Part shown: piece after piece, positions 52,901-64,000 of the stretch
Numbering within the stretch: the stretch's first letter is position 1
How the letters are laid out: every line of letters begins with the position of its first letter
Source: Yuukianura sp. NJ FZ-2021
Taxonomy: Eukaryota
DNA: 64,000 bases
NCBI GenBank assembly: GCA_046563655.1
Contig: CM102285.1
Location: 8,494,001-8,558,000 of the forward strand
Direction of reading: 5' to 3'
The notes under the pieces: model-generated
What the model was told of the DNA's origin: nothing
Database searches by the model: none
What the model saw: the letters and a program-made list of their open reading frames with translations, nothing else
Made by a program: the position numbers and the translations under genes

Positions 52901-53456
52901 TGGACAAAAGTCGGAAGCCACGTCTGAACTGAAATAGAAAAAAAAATGTTTCAGAACTAGTTCTTCTGATGTCTTTTACTACTCTGCCGTATTTTAAAGA
53001 GAAATCTAAGAATTCGTTCAAGATTCACCTAAATTGACTTCATCATTCCAAGTTAAAGAAGCTTTAAAAATCAAAGGAGCGCAATTTGCAAGATTCATCG
53101 TGATTCTTCCTAATGATTAATGAACTTTTGAAAAATACGGAACCAGCACAAAGAAGAATCAATGAGGCAGGGAACATGACTCATCCCTATTCCTTAGTAA
53201 AACACAAAGTTATGATGAACTGGAAAACAATCAAGTTGGGGTTCCTTAATTGCGTTATAATTAAAAAAGTTGCTATTCCTTTCTAGTAAAAGTTCTTTAA
53301 TTACTTTTTTGTCTTCCCTTTTCAGCAAATCATGAGAGTTGGTGTAAACATCGCGGAATCCTTCGTGCCAGCGTCAAGGCTCGACAAATGCTTACTTGGC
53401 TCTTGGGAAAAGAAGATGCAAAGTTTAAGAACTGCGAAAATCTCCATATTCTATAA
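37935..53456 (+). CDS. RGK-family (Rad/Gem/Kir/Rem) Ras-like GTP-binding protein; coding exons 37935-39048, 46883-47275, 50568-50650, 50744-50933, 52099-52224, 53326-53456
   Basis: The spliced frame gives a long Ser/Pro-rich N-terminus, then LRTFNVTSKG|IVNRGDSFRRRRSRSNS, G1 GSRGVGKA, FMTSECINAYD, AFVVVYSVVDRSSF, G4 VGNKIDLVRSR, KFIEVSVGINHNVDELLVG and the RGK C-terminal motif KNCENLHIL-stop (Cys at -7). All introns are GT-AG and phase-compatible. Confidence 0.92.
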
Positions 53457-54511
53457 AGTCAACAAAAATGAAGAAAATGCAGCCATTATGAAAAAGCTTT
53501 GACCCTTGACCGCAACGGAAATCAGAGAAGACGAATAGAAAGAAAGCAATTTGAGTTGCTTTCAGTTTTGCTAAATCTAGTGCAATTTAGTAGAGAATTC
53601 TCGCTTAACTTATTCTATTTTTTAGTTGAACTATCTATGTTAAATTCTTGTATGTTAAGTCATTAAAATGTTAGTGCATAAAGCTTTTTTAAACCAAAAT
53701 GTTAGATTTAGACAATACTTCATGCTCCTTGCTGTCCTTGTCATAATTTACTCTATGACTTTCACTTTAATTTCTCGTTATACGCAATGGAGCATAGAGC
53801 ATATTACGTTTTAAGTTTAAACTTTAAGTTGAACTTCTAAAACTAACTCTACTCAACTTATAATTTAAAAAACGTGTCAAAGTTATAGCACCACAATCTT
53901 CGGTTCACTTCGGCTGTTCTACTCGTATCCTCATCCTACCACTTTCACCACCATGTTGAATTCGAACGAAATTCAACAGCACGAGCACATCTAACCTAAC
54001 TTGCCGAATCCACAATTTTTGTACTCTGGACAGATTGAAAAACACGCCTAGAACTGGCTAACCAACTCAATTTTCGTTGAAAGAAACAAGAAACAAGAAT
54101 TTTGAGATGGCGCACAGGGTGGAACTTAATTTTATAATTGATATTATGATATTATTAATTTTAATTATATTTAAATAATAGCGCATTCAACAATATAAAA
54201 CTATAATCAGAGGTGCTAGTCACGTTCTACTAATCTTCGAATAAACTTTATGAAATTATCGGTACAATTTTCAAGAAGAAACTGAACCGCAAACAGAACT
54301 TCGTACTTTTGTGTAGAGAAACGGAAACAACATGGATGTTTGTACGGATATATTTGGTATTGAGATTTCTGATACTTTAGATACCCGAAACCCGAGATGG
54401 AGATGCGAAGACGAAGAGTAGTAAGCTGCGATAGACGTTTGAAGCGATGCTGGATAAAGTGTACTAACCTGAACTAAAACATGGAAAATGTTTGGCAACG
54501 TATTGGCAATC

Positions 54512-55406
54512 CTACGACTTTCCCCCCATTGATTCTTTTCGGACAACTTGTTCTCCCTTGGACTTCAATTTTCGGTTTAGGATGGACTGCTTGCGATGTT
54601 CTTCTTCAGCATCCAACTGCTTCCTTCTGTCAATGGCAAAATCTATTTCGCTGCTCAACTTCATAATTTTTTCAGCCAAATTCTGCTGCACTAGAGCTCT
54701 CCTCAGTTTTCCAGGCCCAACCGGTGTTCGTCTGCCATCAAGGAACGTATAATCGGGCAAATCCGTAAGAGGTCCGTAAGCGTTAGGATTCGCCGGCATT
54801 CCTTGTCTGGAAATAAGTAAATTCAACGGATTACTAATACTGAAATCAAATCAGCGTTTCAATACAAACAAATAACCAACTTAATTTTAGTACAATCACA
54901 ATCAGAAAAGACTTCCTCGTTTGTCGTAAACCGTTTAATTATGTCTGCGCCCTTGACTGGGTAGCAACAACGCATGCCCCAGGGCGAATTACGTCCACGA
55001 CAAGAATAGGATACCGATACTGTGAAGAAAGCAAAACATGAATGTTACTAAAAATCGAAGGATTGTTTGAAGCTAGTAAGTCAATCACTAATGAAACCGA
55101 TGAACGAAGAAGTCTTCCCTTCATTGATAAACTATTACTATTCTTCAGACTTAATTGTTTCTCCACAGTCGAATGGTAAGACAGGGATAACTAAAATCAT
55201 CATTGAATAACTCAGTCATCGGCAGTAGGCTACCAAGCGGCAACCATAATCAATACATAAATTAATGAAAAAAGTAATACTTACTCTTTCCGCCAATTTG
55301 ACCCAGCTGAAAGTGGAACCGTGTCATGGATTGTTCTTACATGGAAGTTGAATACGGCTGACCTCGATGAGAAGACCGGGATCCATCTTAGTAAATCCGC
55401 CCTCAT
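54512..55406 (-). CDS. mRpL52: Mitochondrial ribosomal protein L52 (mL52); exons 55406-55285 and 54806-54512
   Basis: Arg/Ser-containing transit-peptide-like N-terminus, then AGSNWRKE|QGMPANPNAYGPLTDLPDYTFLDGR, matching the MRPL52 signature (AG.QWR..QGL..NP..YGPLT.LPDWS..DGR); GT-AG intron 54807-55284. Confidence 0.93.
55139..55209 (-). ncRNA. Box C/D snoRNA snR38/SNORD1-like in the mRpL52 intron; predicted guide for 28S Gm (yeast Gm2815 equivalent)
   Basis: Minus strand: TATTC stem, ATGATGA (C, 55203-55197), AGTTATCCCTGT followed by a variant D' CTTA, GTGGAGA (C'-like), CTGA (D, 55148-55145), GAATA stem. The 12-nt guide is a perfect complement of 28S ACAGGGAUAACU and lies on the same strand as the host. 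Confidence 0.85.
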
Positions 55407-56575
55407 TGTTTACTCTTCTCCCAGATTTAACTTCAGTAGAGTAGAATCGATATTTAACTAATATTAATCGTTGACCTCTTCTTAATTTCTAAAAACAGAG
55501 TGAACGCTACGAACGCCTCCAAATCCTCTCAGCCTGCTTGTAGTTCCCATGCGGTGCGGTGCTACGGGCAAACAAACACCATGCGGACAGGCCCTAATCC
55601 ACTTAAGCAGATCATACATCGGCAAAATTCGATCTGAACTAACCAAAAAAATATTTCTTCAATATCAAAAATGGAAAAACTAATTCAAGCAATTAAATTA
55701 AACTTGAATAGCAAACCTCTTCGAATATTAATTTTATTTTTTCAACACGTAGAACGAATGAATTCCACAGATTGCTTGAATGCTTTTAGAAGAGAGAAAG
55801 AACATTGAACATGTTACTGGGCTGTTCTAACTGTTTAGAATACTCATAATTGTTATTCTGTCATACCTAGTATCTTTCTAATTTAACTGAATTTAACCTT
55901 GTTATTCGTATCAACAATACATTCAACTTTTTTAATTTTTCAAATTTTTTTAAAAGTTTAAAATTTTAATCTTTTTTTTAAGTTCGTATTAGTTAGTAAA
56001 GAAAAAGAGTCGGATTAAAAACATATTTTCTTTTTCTGATGTGTGGGTAATTTTTAATTGGTATTGTATTGTCCATTTTTAAGGTTTTTATCAAACAACA
56101 TAGTTTGGAGACGTGAGTCAAGTATTCCGATCACTTCCAAACTACTAACCAAACTGTACTTCTCAGTAAACCGAAAAAGCACTGCCGAAGCCGACTTCTG
56201 AAGGTAAAATTTGTTTGAATACAAACTTTGAACTCACACTTTTCGCGCTCCTTTTTACGAGTCAAATTAATTCGCCAGCACAACTCAATCGATGTCGCTT
56301 CAAAAAGGCGATCTAACTACTACTGTAATTAAGAAGGTTTATTCAGGAGAAAAGTTTAATTCTTTGCCGTAAAATACTAAAATACAAGACTTCGAAGACA
56401 ACGAAAGTCATATTTTCGTATTTCTGAAATCAAGAGATTGTAGGAATTTTGCAGTTTAATTTAAGCGCATGAGGATGACTCGTCAAGCGTCATCGGAGGA
56501 AATGAGCTAGAAATTGCACATTTCGTTTTTATGTAAACTGAAGTGGTAAGATTCAACTAACTGTAATTTACCAGT

Positions 56576-56803
56576 AGAACCTTCCATGCATTCGCCGAAG
56601 TGAAACGCTATTGGACGTGGAACTTTCTGGTGAGCTGGAGAAGGTTCTCGACTTTCGCTAAAACAGCTTCTCATTCTAACAGAATGACAAAACAAACTCA
56701 AGCCATGGAAGGAAAAGGAACATTCTCCAACACTCTACAAACTTCGAAGCTTCCAAAAATTTTGGTATAAAACCCCCTCACTTCCACAACACTTTCATCA
56801 GTA
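56576..56803 (+). promoter_or_regulatory. Heat-shock promoter: clustered HSEs + TATA + Inr
   Basis: nGAAnnTTCn dyads at 56576, 56619, 56639 (third unit cGACt), 56717 and 56745; TATAAAA at 56766-56772; TCATCAGT initiator at about 56795-56802; followed by an A/C-rich, G-poor leader. Confidence 0.8.
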
Positions 56804-56974
56804 CTTTCAAACGCCTTTTCAAAGGAACTAACTACAAAACAACCAAACTTACAAACTCTCTTCCAAAACTAAAACTCACAAAAAGAAAACGTTCATACGT
56901 TCAACCACATCTCATTTTCAAAATAAACTTTTCTGAACTTACTAAAACCAAACTCTACCAGCAACACTTTTAAA

Positions 56975-57808
56975 ATGCCTACTTTGGTCTATCCACACTT
57001 CGTCACTGCTGCTCAAGAAATTCCAGTATGGGCTTTGATTCAACACGCTGCTTCTGCCGCACCCACTGGAATTGACGGAGGATTTCAACAATTCTGCAAA
57101 GTAGCCAAGGCTGCTGGACAAGGACGCCAACAACACTGCGGTCGAACTCGCTCTGCTGCTGCTTCCGAACAGAAGCCATGCTCCTCCAGTCAAGCTCGTG
57201 CACAACAATGTCCCGGAGCAAAAGCACTTCAAAATGAAGGTGAAGGGGTCATCAACTTCCACGATTTCTTGAACAATGCTGCTGCGATTGCGCAGTCATT
57301 CTTCGGACCCCAGAGTGGACAAGGCGACAATGCAAGTGCTGGAGCAACTTCAACCAAAACGACTGATGGAGTATTGTCAGAGAGCATCTCTGCTGAAAAT
57401 GGGTTTGAGGTCAACTTGGATGTGTCCCAGTATGCTGCAGAGGAATTGAATGTCAAGACATTGGACAACTCCATCGTCATCGAAGCCAAACACGGTGAGA
57501 AGAAAGATGGACATGGCTTCGTTTCGCGCTCATTCACCAGGAGATACGTCTTGCCTGAAGGAGTGAAGGTTGAGAACGTCACATGCAAGTTGGCGTCCAA
57601 CGGTGTTCTCACTCTGTCTGCGCCAATCGTGAAACCCAACAATGAGCGCGTAATTCCAATTAACTTCACGGGAGTCCCAGCGACGGTTCCAGAACCAGCA
57701 GCACCAACTGTCGTGGCAGAACCAGCACCAGCGTCTGGCCAACAGGAAACTGCTCCTGCAGAAACTCAAGTTCCTGTGGCCATGGAAGAGGAAAGCAAAC
57801 TGGATTAA
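56975..57808 (+). CDS. Small heat-shock protein (HSP20 / alpha-crystallin domain), 277 aa, intronless
   Basis: Alpha-crystallin domain FEVNLDVSQYAAEELNVKTLDNSIVIEAKHGEKKDGHGFVSRSFTRRYVLPEGV...LASNGVLTLSAP followed by the IXI motif ERVIPI; AATAAA near 58022-58053. Confidence 0.95.
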   Translation: MPTLVYPHFVTAAQEIPVWALIQHAASAAPTGIDGGFQQFCKVAKAAGQGRQQHCGRTRSAAASEQKPCSSSQARAQQCPGAKALQNEGEGVINFHDFLNNAAAIAQSFFGPQSGQGDNASAGATSTKTTDGVLSESISAENGFEVNLDVSQYAAEELNVKTLDNSIVIEAKHGEKKDGHGFVSRSFTRRYVLPEGVKVENVTCKLASNGVLTLSAPIVKPNNERVIPINFTGVPATVPEPAAPTVVAEPAPASGQQETAPAETQVPVAMEEESKLD

Positions 57809-59240
57809 GGATTCCATTGCGTTTTGCGTTCGAGTAGCACAAAATTTAACTCACTCAGTAATTTAAACACAAAAAGTATCGAATTTTAATGTTTACCATT
57901 AGCTTTTTCGTACCGAGCATTTACGATTGTAAATTATTTTTTGTTGTATCTAAGTTGCTGAAATAGTCACACTATAGATTTAAGATTTAAGATTATTAAT
58001 TTCGCCCCTGTTTTTTTTAGTAATTAGTAATAATAACTTGAAATAAAAATAAAAGTAAAACTATAAAATCAAAATACCATCATAATTGAAATTTTAGACA
58101 ATTTTTTAAAGTATTTTAAAGTATTTTCCGCAAATAACGCTTCAACGTAAACCGTAGATGTTTTAAAATCAAAAAATAAAAGTGATCAAGGTGAGGATGA
58201 CTCATAAAAATCAAAACGAAAAAAACAACTGATGCTGATGCTGATCAAAAACATGTCTTCGTTTTACTTTTTTTTTTTTTGTAAATATGAAACAGAAACT
58301 GAAATTCTAAATCCGTTGCTTTATGCAATGCTGTACATAAATCAGTATCTAAAAATAGAAAGCTGTTTAAAAACTTAATGAGTTTGCGTGTCGGTTTTAA
58401 TGATTTTATTATAAACAAATTGTGTAGAATATTATATTTTTATAAATAAATTCTAGTCAATCTTCCGTTTATCCGGAGATTACAGAGAAAGATCGTCAAT
58501 TGTGAACTCCCAAATGAATTATTAAAGTAACGAATTCAGATTCATAAATTATTTAAGATAATAGTTACTTGTTTTAATAAACATTTACAGGTTTTCCATG
58601 ATTTAGTATGGGATTTCAGTGCAGTATCCTCTGGATACTACGTTAAACACTTAAAATCATCTCCCTAGTCAAGTAGTTTGATTCATTAAGTTAACTCCCT
58701 AAACAAACACGTTTACAACAATATAGCCTTAGTAGGCACTAATCAATATGATAACTAGAGTAACTTTTATTTCTGAAACATTTTCTGCCGTATTTTAAAA
58801 TCCATAACAAAAGTTATTATTCAATCAGTATAGCTCACATGTCACCATAAACAATAAGTAAAATTAACTAAACCAGGCATAAAGAAATTAAAGAACTTTT
58901 ATCGTATAATTGTAACCCAATCGCGATTGAAAAGTAAATGTCAATGAATCGAGAGGAGACTAGCGTTAGCGGAGAAGACGTTAAACTTTAGACCTTAGAA
59001 TTTAATAGTTATGAATTATTTAAGCAACATAGGTATTAGCACTCCTACGATACGATACTTGTTTTGAACAAAAGGGGGGTTAGGTTCTTGGCTACATTTC
59101 ATGTACATTAACCTTTGACCTACATCCTCAATACAGTTAGTGCGATAGATAGGCTAAATCATAGGTGACTTGATTATTTCTAAGTGTCCATACACCTAAG
59201 TAGGGAGTTTGTAATTTACGAAATAAACATCCCTATGCAC

Positions 59241-62200
59241 TTAATTACCTCGAAGTCGTTTGGGTGGAGGTTGAACCCTTTGGTAAGAATCGTCTGAATT
59301 ATCCGAATCAGTTCCACAAACGCTGATATCCAGATTCCGCTTTCGAAGACTTGAGGATTCTGCGATAGATCGGTACTCCCCGTTTTCCTTGCTAGTACGA
59401 CCATTAGAAGCCTCATCAATCTCAATTATTTCAATTCCATCGTCACCATTTGACCTCCCTGAAAACAAGACAAAGAAACGTTGACATTTTAGCTTCAAAT
59501 CTACTAGGAATATTTTTCATGAACATAAGTTTGAGTTAAAATCAGAAAAAGGTTTTCAGCACCGAATGTCTAAGACAGGGATAACTTTTGATCATCATGA
59601 ATCAACAACTGTAAAAAATTGCAGCTAAAATTAGACAAAGAACGTTATTTGTACCTGATCTTCTAGCGTTGTTGGCATTGTGTGGTGTAATTGTGAGCGA
59701 TCCCTTTGCTCGTAGTGGTGTAGCATTGGCAAGCGGCTGTGGAATTATGGTGATCTCATCATTGATTTTTAGGGGCTTGAAAGAATTTGCTCCCCCTCCG
59801 GCAGCAACTGTTCGTGACGTCACTTGCATCTGACCTCGATTGTTCGGATTATTGGATCCCGACGGGATTGGACGGCCCGAATTATTACTGGCATTTGCCC
59901 GTTTAGAGTTCATGCTGTGGGCAGAGTAGACATGACTCTCAAAAAGTTTGTACATGCCGAACGTTGCGGTGCACACGGTGCATTTGTACGACAAATGGGC
60001 AGGTTTCAGCGTCACATTATGATCCTTGGCTACATGAGCCAAAAGCTTCCATTGGTAAACCTATGGCACAAAAATTAAGATTAACTCGTGCACTAAATCA
60101 CAAGAAACTTAATAAACATGAAATGAAATGAAACATGAAAACAGATACAAATTACAAATGAACAGAAATTCCGAATTTGACAAAACTCACCTTGCCACAC
60201 AGTGGACAGCGCCCGTTGTCCTGTCCTTTGTTGGCTGCCTCCTGCATCGAGGATGTTACCAATCCATGAGAACCGAGCAAGTGACGTTCCAGCCCTTGAT
60301 CAGTGAAAAAACGAAACTGGCATTTCTGGCAGTTCAGTGGCGGCTTGTTATAAATCATCTTCGGATGGATCTTCACTTTGTGAATCCACTGCATGTGATT
60401 TCGTAACTGATCCAAATCCTATAAAATAATCAATTCCAGTTTTAGACAATCCTGTTTTAGTTCTGATGAAGAATAAAACCTGGACTGTTTCATTGTGTAT
60501 CGTGAATCGTTATCGTACCTTGATATAACCATCGCAAATTTCGCAAATGACGAAAGAGGCCTTGCCTTGAGGTTTCGAATGGGAAGCAATTGCAGGGGCG
60601 GGGATTGAGGACTGACGAGGAAGAGGAGTAATCGATATACTCGGCTGAGAATTCTTTCCTTGATTATTACGACTCACCAACTGTGAGGCACTCTGTTATA
60701 ATTACAAAGGGATAAATTAATTGACGATTAATACCAGAGACAACTGAATACTTCATTTTGTTAAATTCTTACTCGTTGAGAAGCATTGGATGCACCAGCT
60801 GCCATTCCCATAGTAGACAAAAACTTCGTATTTGAGTTACCAGCCATTTGTAACTGGTTACCAATAACCTTAAAAGTGTACATGTCTCATGTTAATTAAA
60901 ATTTTGTTAATTGTTGAGGATATAAATGAATGTCAATTTGAACTTAATGATTGAGCAAGGAACTATGGCATTACCTGATGAATAACTTGTCCTCCTACAA
61001 TTTGTGGCTGTGTCAATACTTGTTGGCCAGAAGCGGTCCGCATTATCATTCCTACAAACAATGCCCAGTATTTAGAATTTTTAGTCTCATGCTGAGTTTA
61101 TGATTTTAGACAAAGGGAACTTAAAAAATATTCTCAAGTTATCGATTTTTCTGCTTACCCCGAGGAATGCTCTGCTGGTTAAGTTTGCTAACAGGATTCA
61201 GCATCCCAGGGTTGGTTCTTATTAAGCCCGGAAGTGGTTTTGCTTTTGGAGCTTGGAGTAGCGGTGGAAGTTGCATGCGATTACCCTGTTGAATGTATTT
61301 GTTTGACATGGAGCTCATTGTGGGGTACTGGGCAAGAAGACTTCTTTGCGACTGCTGTTGCTGAGTATTACTTCCAACGTAAGCGCCAGTCTGGTTATTA
61401 TAGGCTCCTTGATTTACTAGTCGATTCTTCGGCATTTTTGGTAATTTGCCAGGCGTATCCCAGTCTAGCGGTGGCTCCAGATTCTTGTCCATCCGAAATC
61501 TCTTCGTACAGCTTACTAAATGCCTGGTTAATTTTGCCTTAGAATTGTCTTCGAACGTACAATGGGGGCACTGATGAACGGCTGGTGCTCTGAAAATTTA
61601 GAAAAATTCAATTAAGACATTGATTACAGTCAAAACTCTTTTGCTAGCACTTACCTTTCTAGTCTTGGTCGGATTTTGTGATCCTGTTCCATGTGAAGTA
61701 GGATTTCATTCGGAAGCTTAGTCGTATGCTTACAAAAGTTACAGCGGTAGCAATTGTTTCTCATGTGCGGAGTCTCGAGATGCGTCGACATAACCAATTC
61801 TGATTCCGTTTTGAAATTGCAGTTCTTACATTTGTGAAGAGTATGTCGGAAGGGCTCATTGTTTTCCTTGCTTTCTTCAATGTTATTTTTCAAAGAAATT
61901 ATATGCTGTTGCGTTTGTATGTTGGGTACGCCGCTGCGACTCTTCGCTCGTTCCTTCTCGGCCTTACGTCTCTGAATCTTGAGGAGGTCAACTTGGACAT
62001 ACTCCTGAACCAAGGACATGCCCAAATTGATCAGGAGCTTCCCCACGGGGCTTTCGAAGTAATCTTCCGATTTCTTCTTGGGAGTGATCTCTTCAATGTC
62101 TTCGTCTCCGCCATCGGCTGCAGCCTTCTCCTTCCTAACTTCTTCAGCGATTTCCTTCACGTATGCCTTCAGGACTTTCTGTCCACTTTGCTCGAAAACG

Positions 62201-63387
62201 TATGGAACGATAAATGACGGGGCTTCAATTAGAAAGGCGTCGTCCGGTATGTTGATCGTAGCTCCAGCCTTGGTCGGCGCTGGAGCTAACAAAATGTCCT
62301 TGTTAGTAGAATTTGATTTGGTTGTACTTGAGTTTGAAGTGGCAGAAGACGGAAGGGAGTTATTGGACATCGTAGAGGTGACAGTAGGCTTTTGTATGGG
62401 AATTGGTCCTTTACCGGAGAGAATTGAATTAGTGTCGATAATGACAAGAGTGGGCTCTTTAGATTGTTCTTTCTTCGTCGCTGGTGGGGTATTGATGTTG
62501 ATGATGGTACTGTTACTGCTATTTGCCATAGCTGTCGCTGATGCAGCCAGTTGGGCCAAGGACTTTGTATCGTTGACAACGATGGCTTCCGACTCATCGT
62601 AGTCATCCATAATTTCTTCACATGAGTCTCCTCCGTCTCCGACTGAGTTGCCAATTTCTTCCACGGAAGAATCTCGGGAGTTGTCGTTGTCGAATTCCGA
62701 TGTGGAGTTCGGCATAGGTGACCTTGAACTATTAATTCTGTCCTGATCTTGATCTTCGTCTCTATCATCATCATCACCACTGAGTACGGTCGTTTCTTCA
62801 ACGTCATCGTCCGTTTCACTTCCGGCATCAGCACCCAATGGATCTTCCGCGACGATTTCCATGATCTCATCGTCGATGACTGGACGCTGTTTCATAGGCT
62901 TACCGCCCCCTCCATTTACACGTTCCTTTACATCGTCTTCTTCGTCGTCATCTTCTTCAGCTATAGAGTCTACTGAATTGTCCAGTACTTCGGTAGCCAT
63001 CAGGGAGGAAGTGACACTAGAATTGACCCCTTCTTCCGGTTCATCGTCGTCGACTCCACTTTGACCTCCGTCTTCCAACTCATCATCACTGACCCCGTTC
63101 TCCACTCGTGTCAAGGGGTCATCTTGAGGAAGCTCTTGAATTTCATCGTCTACAACATCTTCATCAGCTGATCCATCATGATTACTCTTATTTTCATTAC
63201 CTTCTTCATTATCCATGTCTTTTCCGTCTTCTGTGATATCTTCAGTTCCCGTGTCCATGGAATTGTCTATGACGTCACCCGTTTCGGATTGACCTTTGTG
63301 TGATTTGACCTCAGATGTGACACCGTTGTGTTGTTCGTCGTCACTGTGCGATACGAAATGTGATTCACCGTCCGGAGGTTGTGGCAT
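59241..63387 (-). CDS. MEP-1: MEP-1 (MOG-interacting and ectopic P-granules; C2H2 zinc-finger partner of Mi-2); exons 63387-61655, 61589-61159, 61051-60975, 60868-60773, 60692-60519, 60418-60191, 60060-59655, 59458-59241
   Basis: Acidic N-terminus, DDAFLIEAPSFIVPYVFE, GMSLVQEYVQVDLLK, multiple C2H2 fingers, PSISITPLPR, FVICEICDGYIK|DLDQLRNHMQWIHKVKIHPKMIYNKPPLNCQKCQFRFFTDQGLERHLLGSHGLVTSSMQEAAN, LKPAHLSYKCTVC. These match insect MEP-1 as I recall it. The first in-frame ATG is at 63387 (the ORF-track start at 63453 is not ATG). The end of the last exon is less certain. Confidence 0.92.
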
Positions 63388-64000
63388 TGTGACTCGAAGT
63401 AAAATGGCGACTGGTGGGGTCACGTGAGTGCGGCAGAGAATCCGTAACGTCACTACTTTACCAAAAGCTGAGAGACCACCACTAAAAACAGGGACTCTTC
63501 TGCAGCAGCAGCTTTTGCTTTAGCACTAGCAGCACAAAATCCTCTGTCGAGTTTTTTCTGCTCAACGAAACGAAGAAAGCGACCTGACAATAATTCTAGC
63601 ACGGGGGGAACGAAAAGAAAGGGAACCAAAAGCGGCAACTTGACATCATAGACTAAACATTTTACTCCATTTTTCAGAACGAACAACCACAACCACAAAT
63701 GGCACTCAAAAATGTACCAATCAAAACGCTTCAATCGTCAGGGCGGCACGTAAATCTAATACTGTTGGCACGCAGTAAGCCACGCCCCAGGGCGTTCTCA
63801 ACTTCTTAACAGTAGTTTGTCGTTGTAGCCTAGTCTTAAGCCAGATACTTGTTCTATGGTTGGGGCCAGGGCAGGGTGGGAAGCGGGTGCAAAACGAAGT
63901 TTTGGGGGCACACCGCCGCCCTCCCCTGGCCATTGAACCACTCCTCTAGTCGTTGTCGTCGCCGCTCCAACGGCACGGACGGCCGTGTCAAGTCTCGGTG

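Noticed and set aside
54939..55090. Possible U17/snR30 (SNORA73) identity for the structured RNA in the mRpL52 intron
   Set aside because: Only a partial m1-like GTATCCTA is present and the m2 motif AAACCAU is missing, so no family was assigned.
61834..63064. Several 67-194 aa ORFs overlapping MEP-1 exon 1
   Set aside because: They are antisense or alternate-frame shadows of a long coding exon. The same applies to ORFs overlapping the cuticle, GPATCH1, RGK and sHSP genes.

Overview
This is AT-rich eukaryotic DNA with short GT-AG introns. The gene set (RR-1 cuticle protein, MEP-1, insect-type RGK) points to an arthropod, but I cannot name the species. Six protein-coding genes can be assembled by hand: a cuticular protein (-), GPATCH1 (+, 8 exons), an RGK/Rad-Gem GTPase (+, 6 coding exons over 15.5 kb), mRpL52 (-), an intronless small heat-shock protein with a heat-shock-element promoter (+) and MEP-1 (-, 8 exons). 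The main feature invisible to the ORF track is a spliced, apparently non-coding minus-strand transcript at about 24.4-30 kb. It carries nine box C/D snoRNAs, one per intron: 1x U31/SNORD31-like, 1x U30/SNORD30-like, 4x U29/SNORD29-like and 3x U15/SNORD15-like. It therefore looks like a UHG/SNHG1-type snoRNA host gene expanded by tandem exon-intron duplication. A tenth snoRNA (snR38/SNORD1-like) lies in the mRpL52 intron. Other signals are a 275-bp foldback element, twin hairpins at 34 kb and a strongly over-represented 9-mer (GGAGAAAGT) in long non-coding stretches. Family assignments come from recalled consensus sequences, not database searches.
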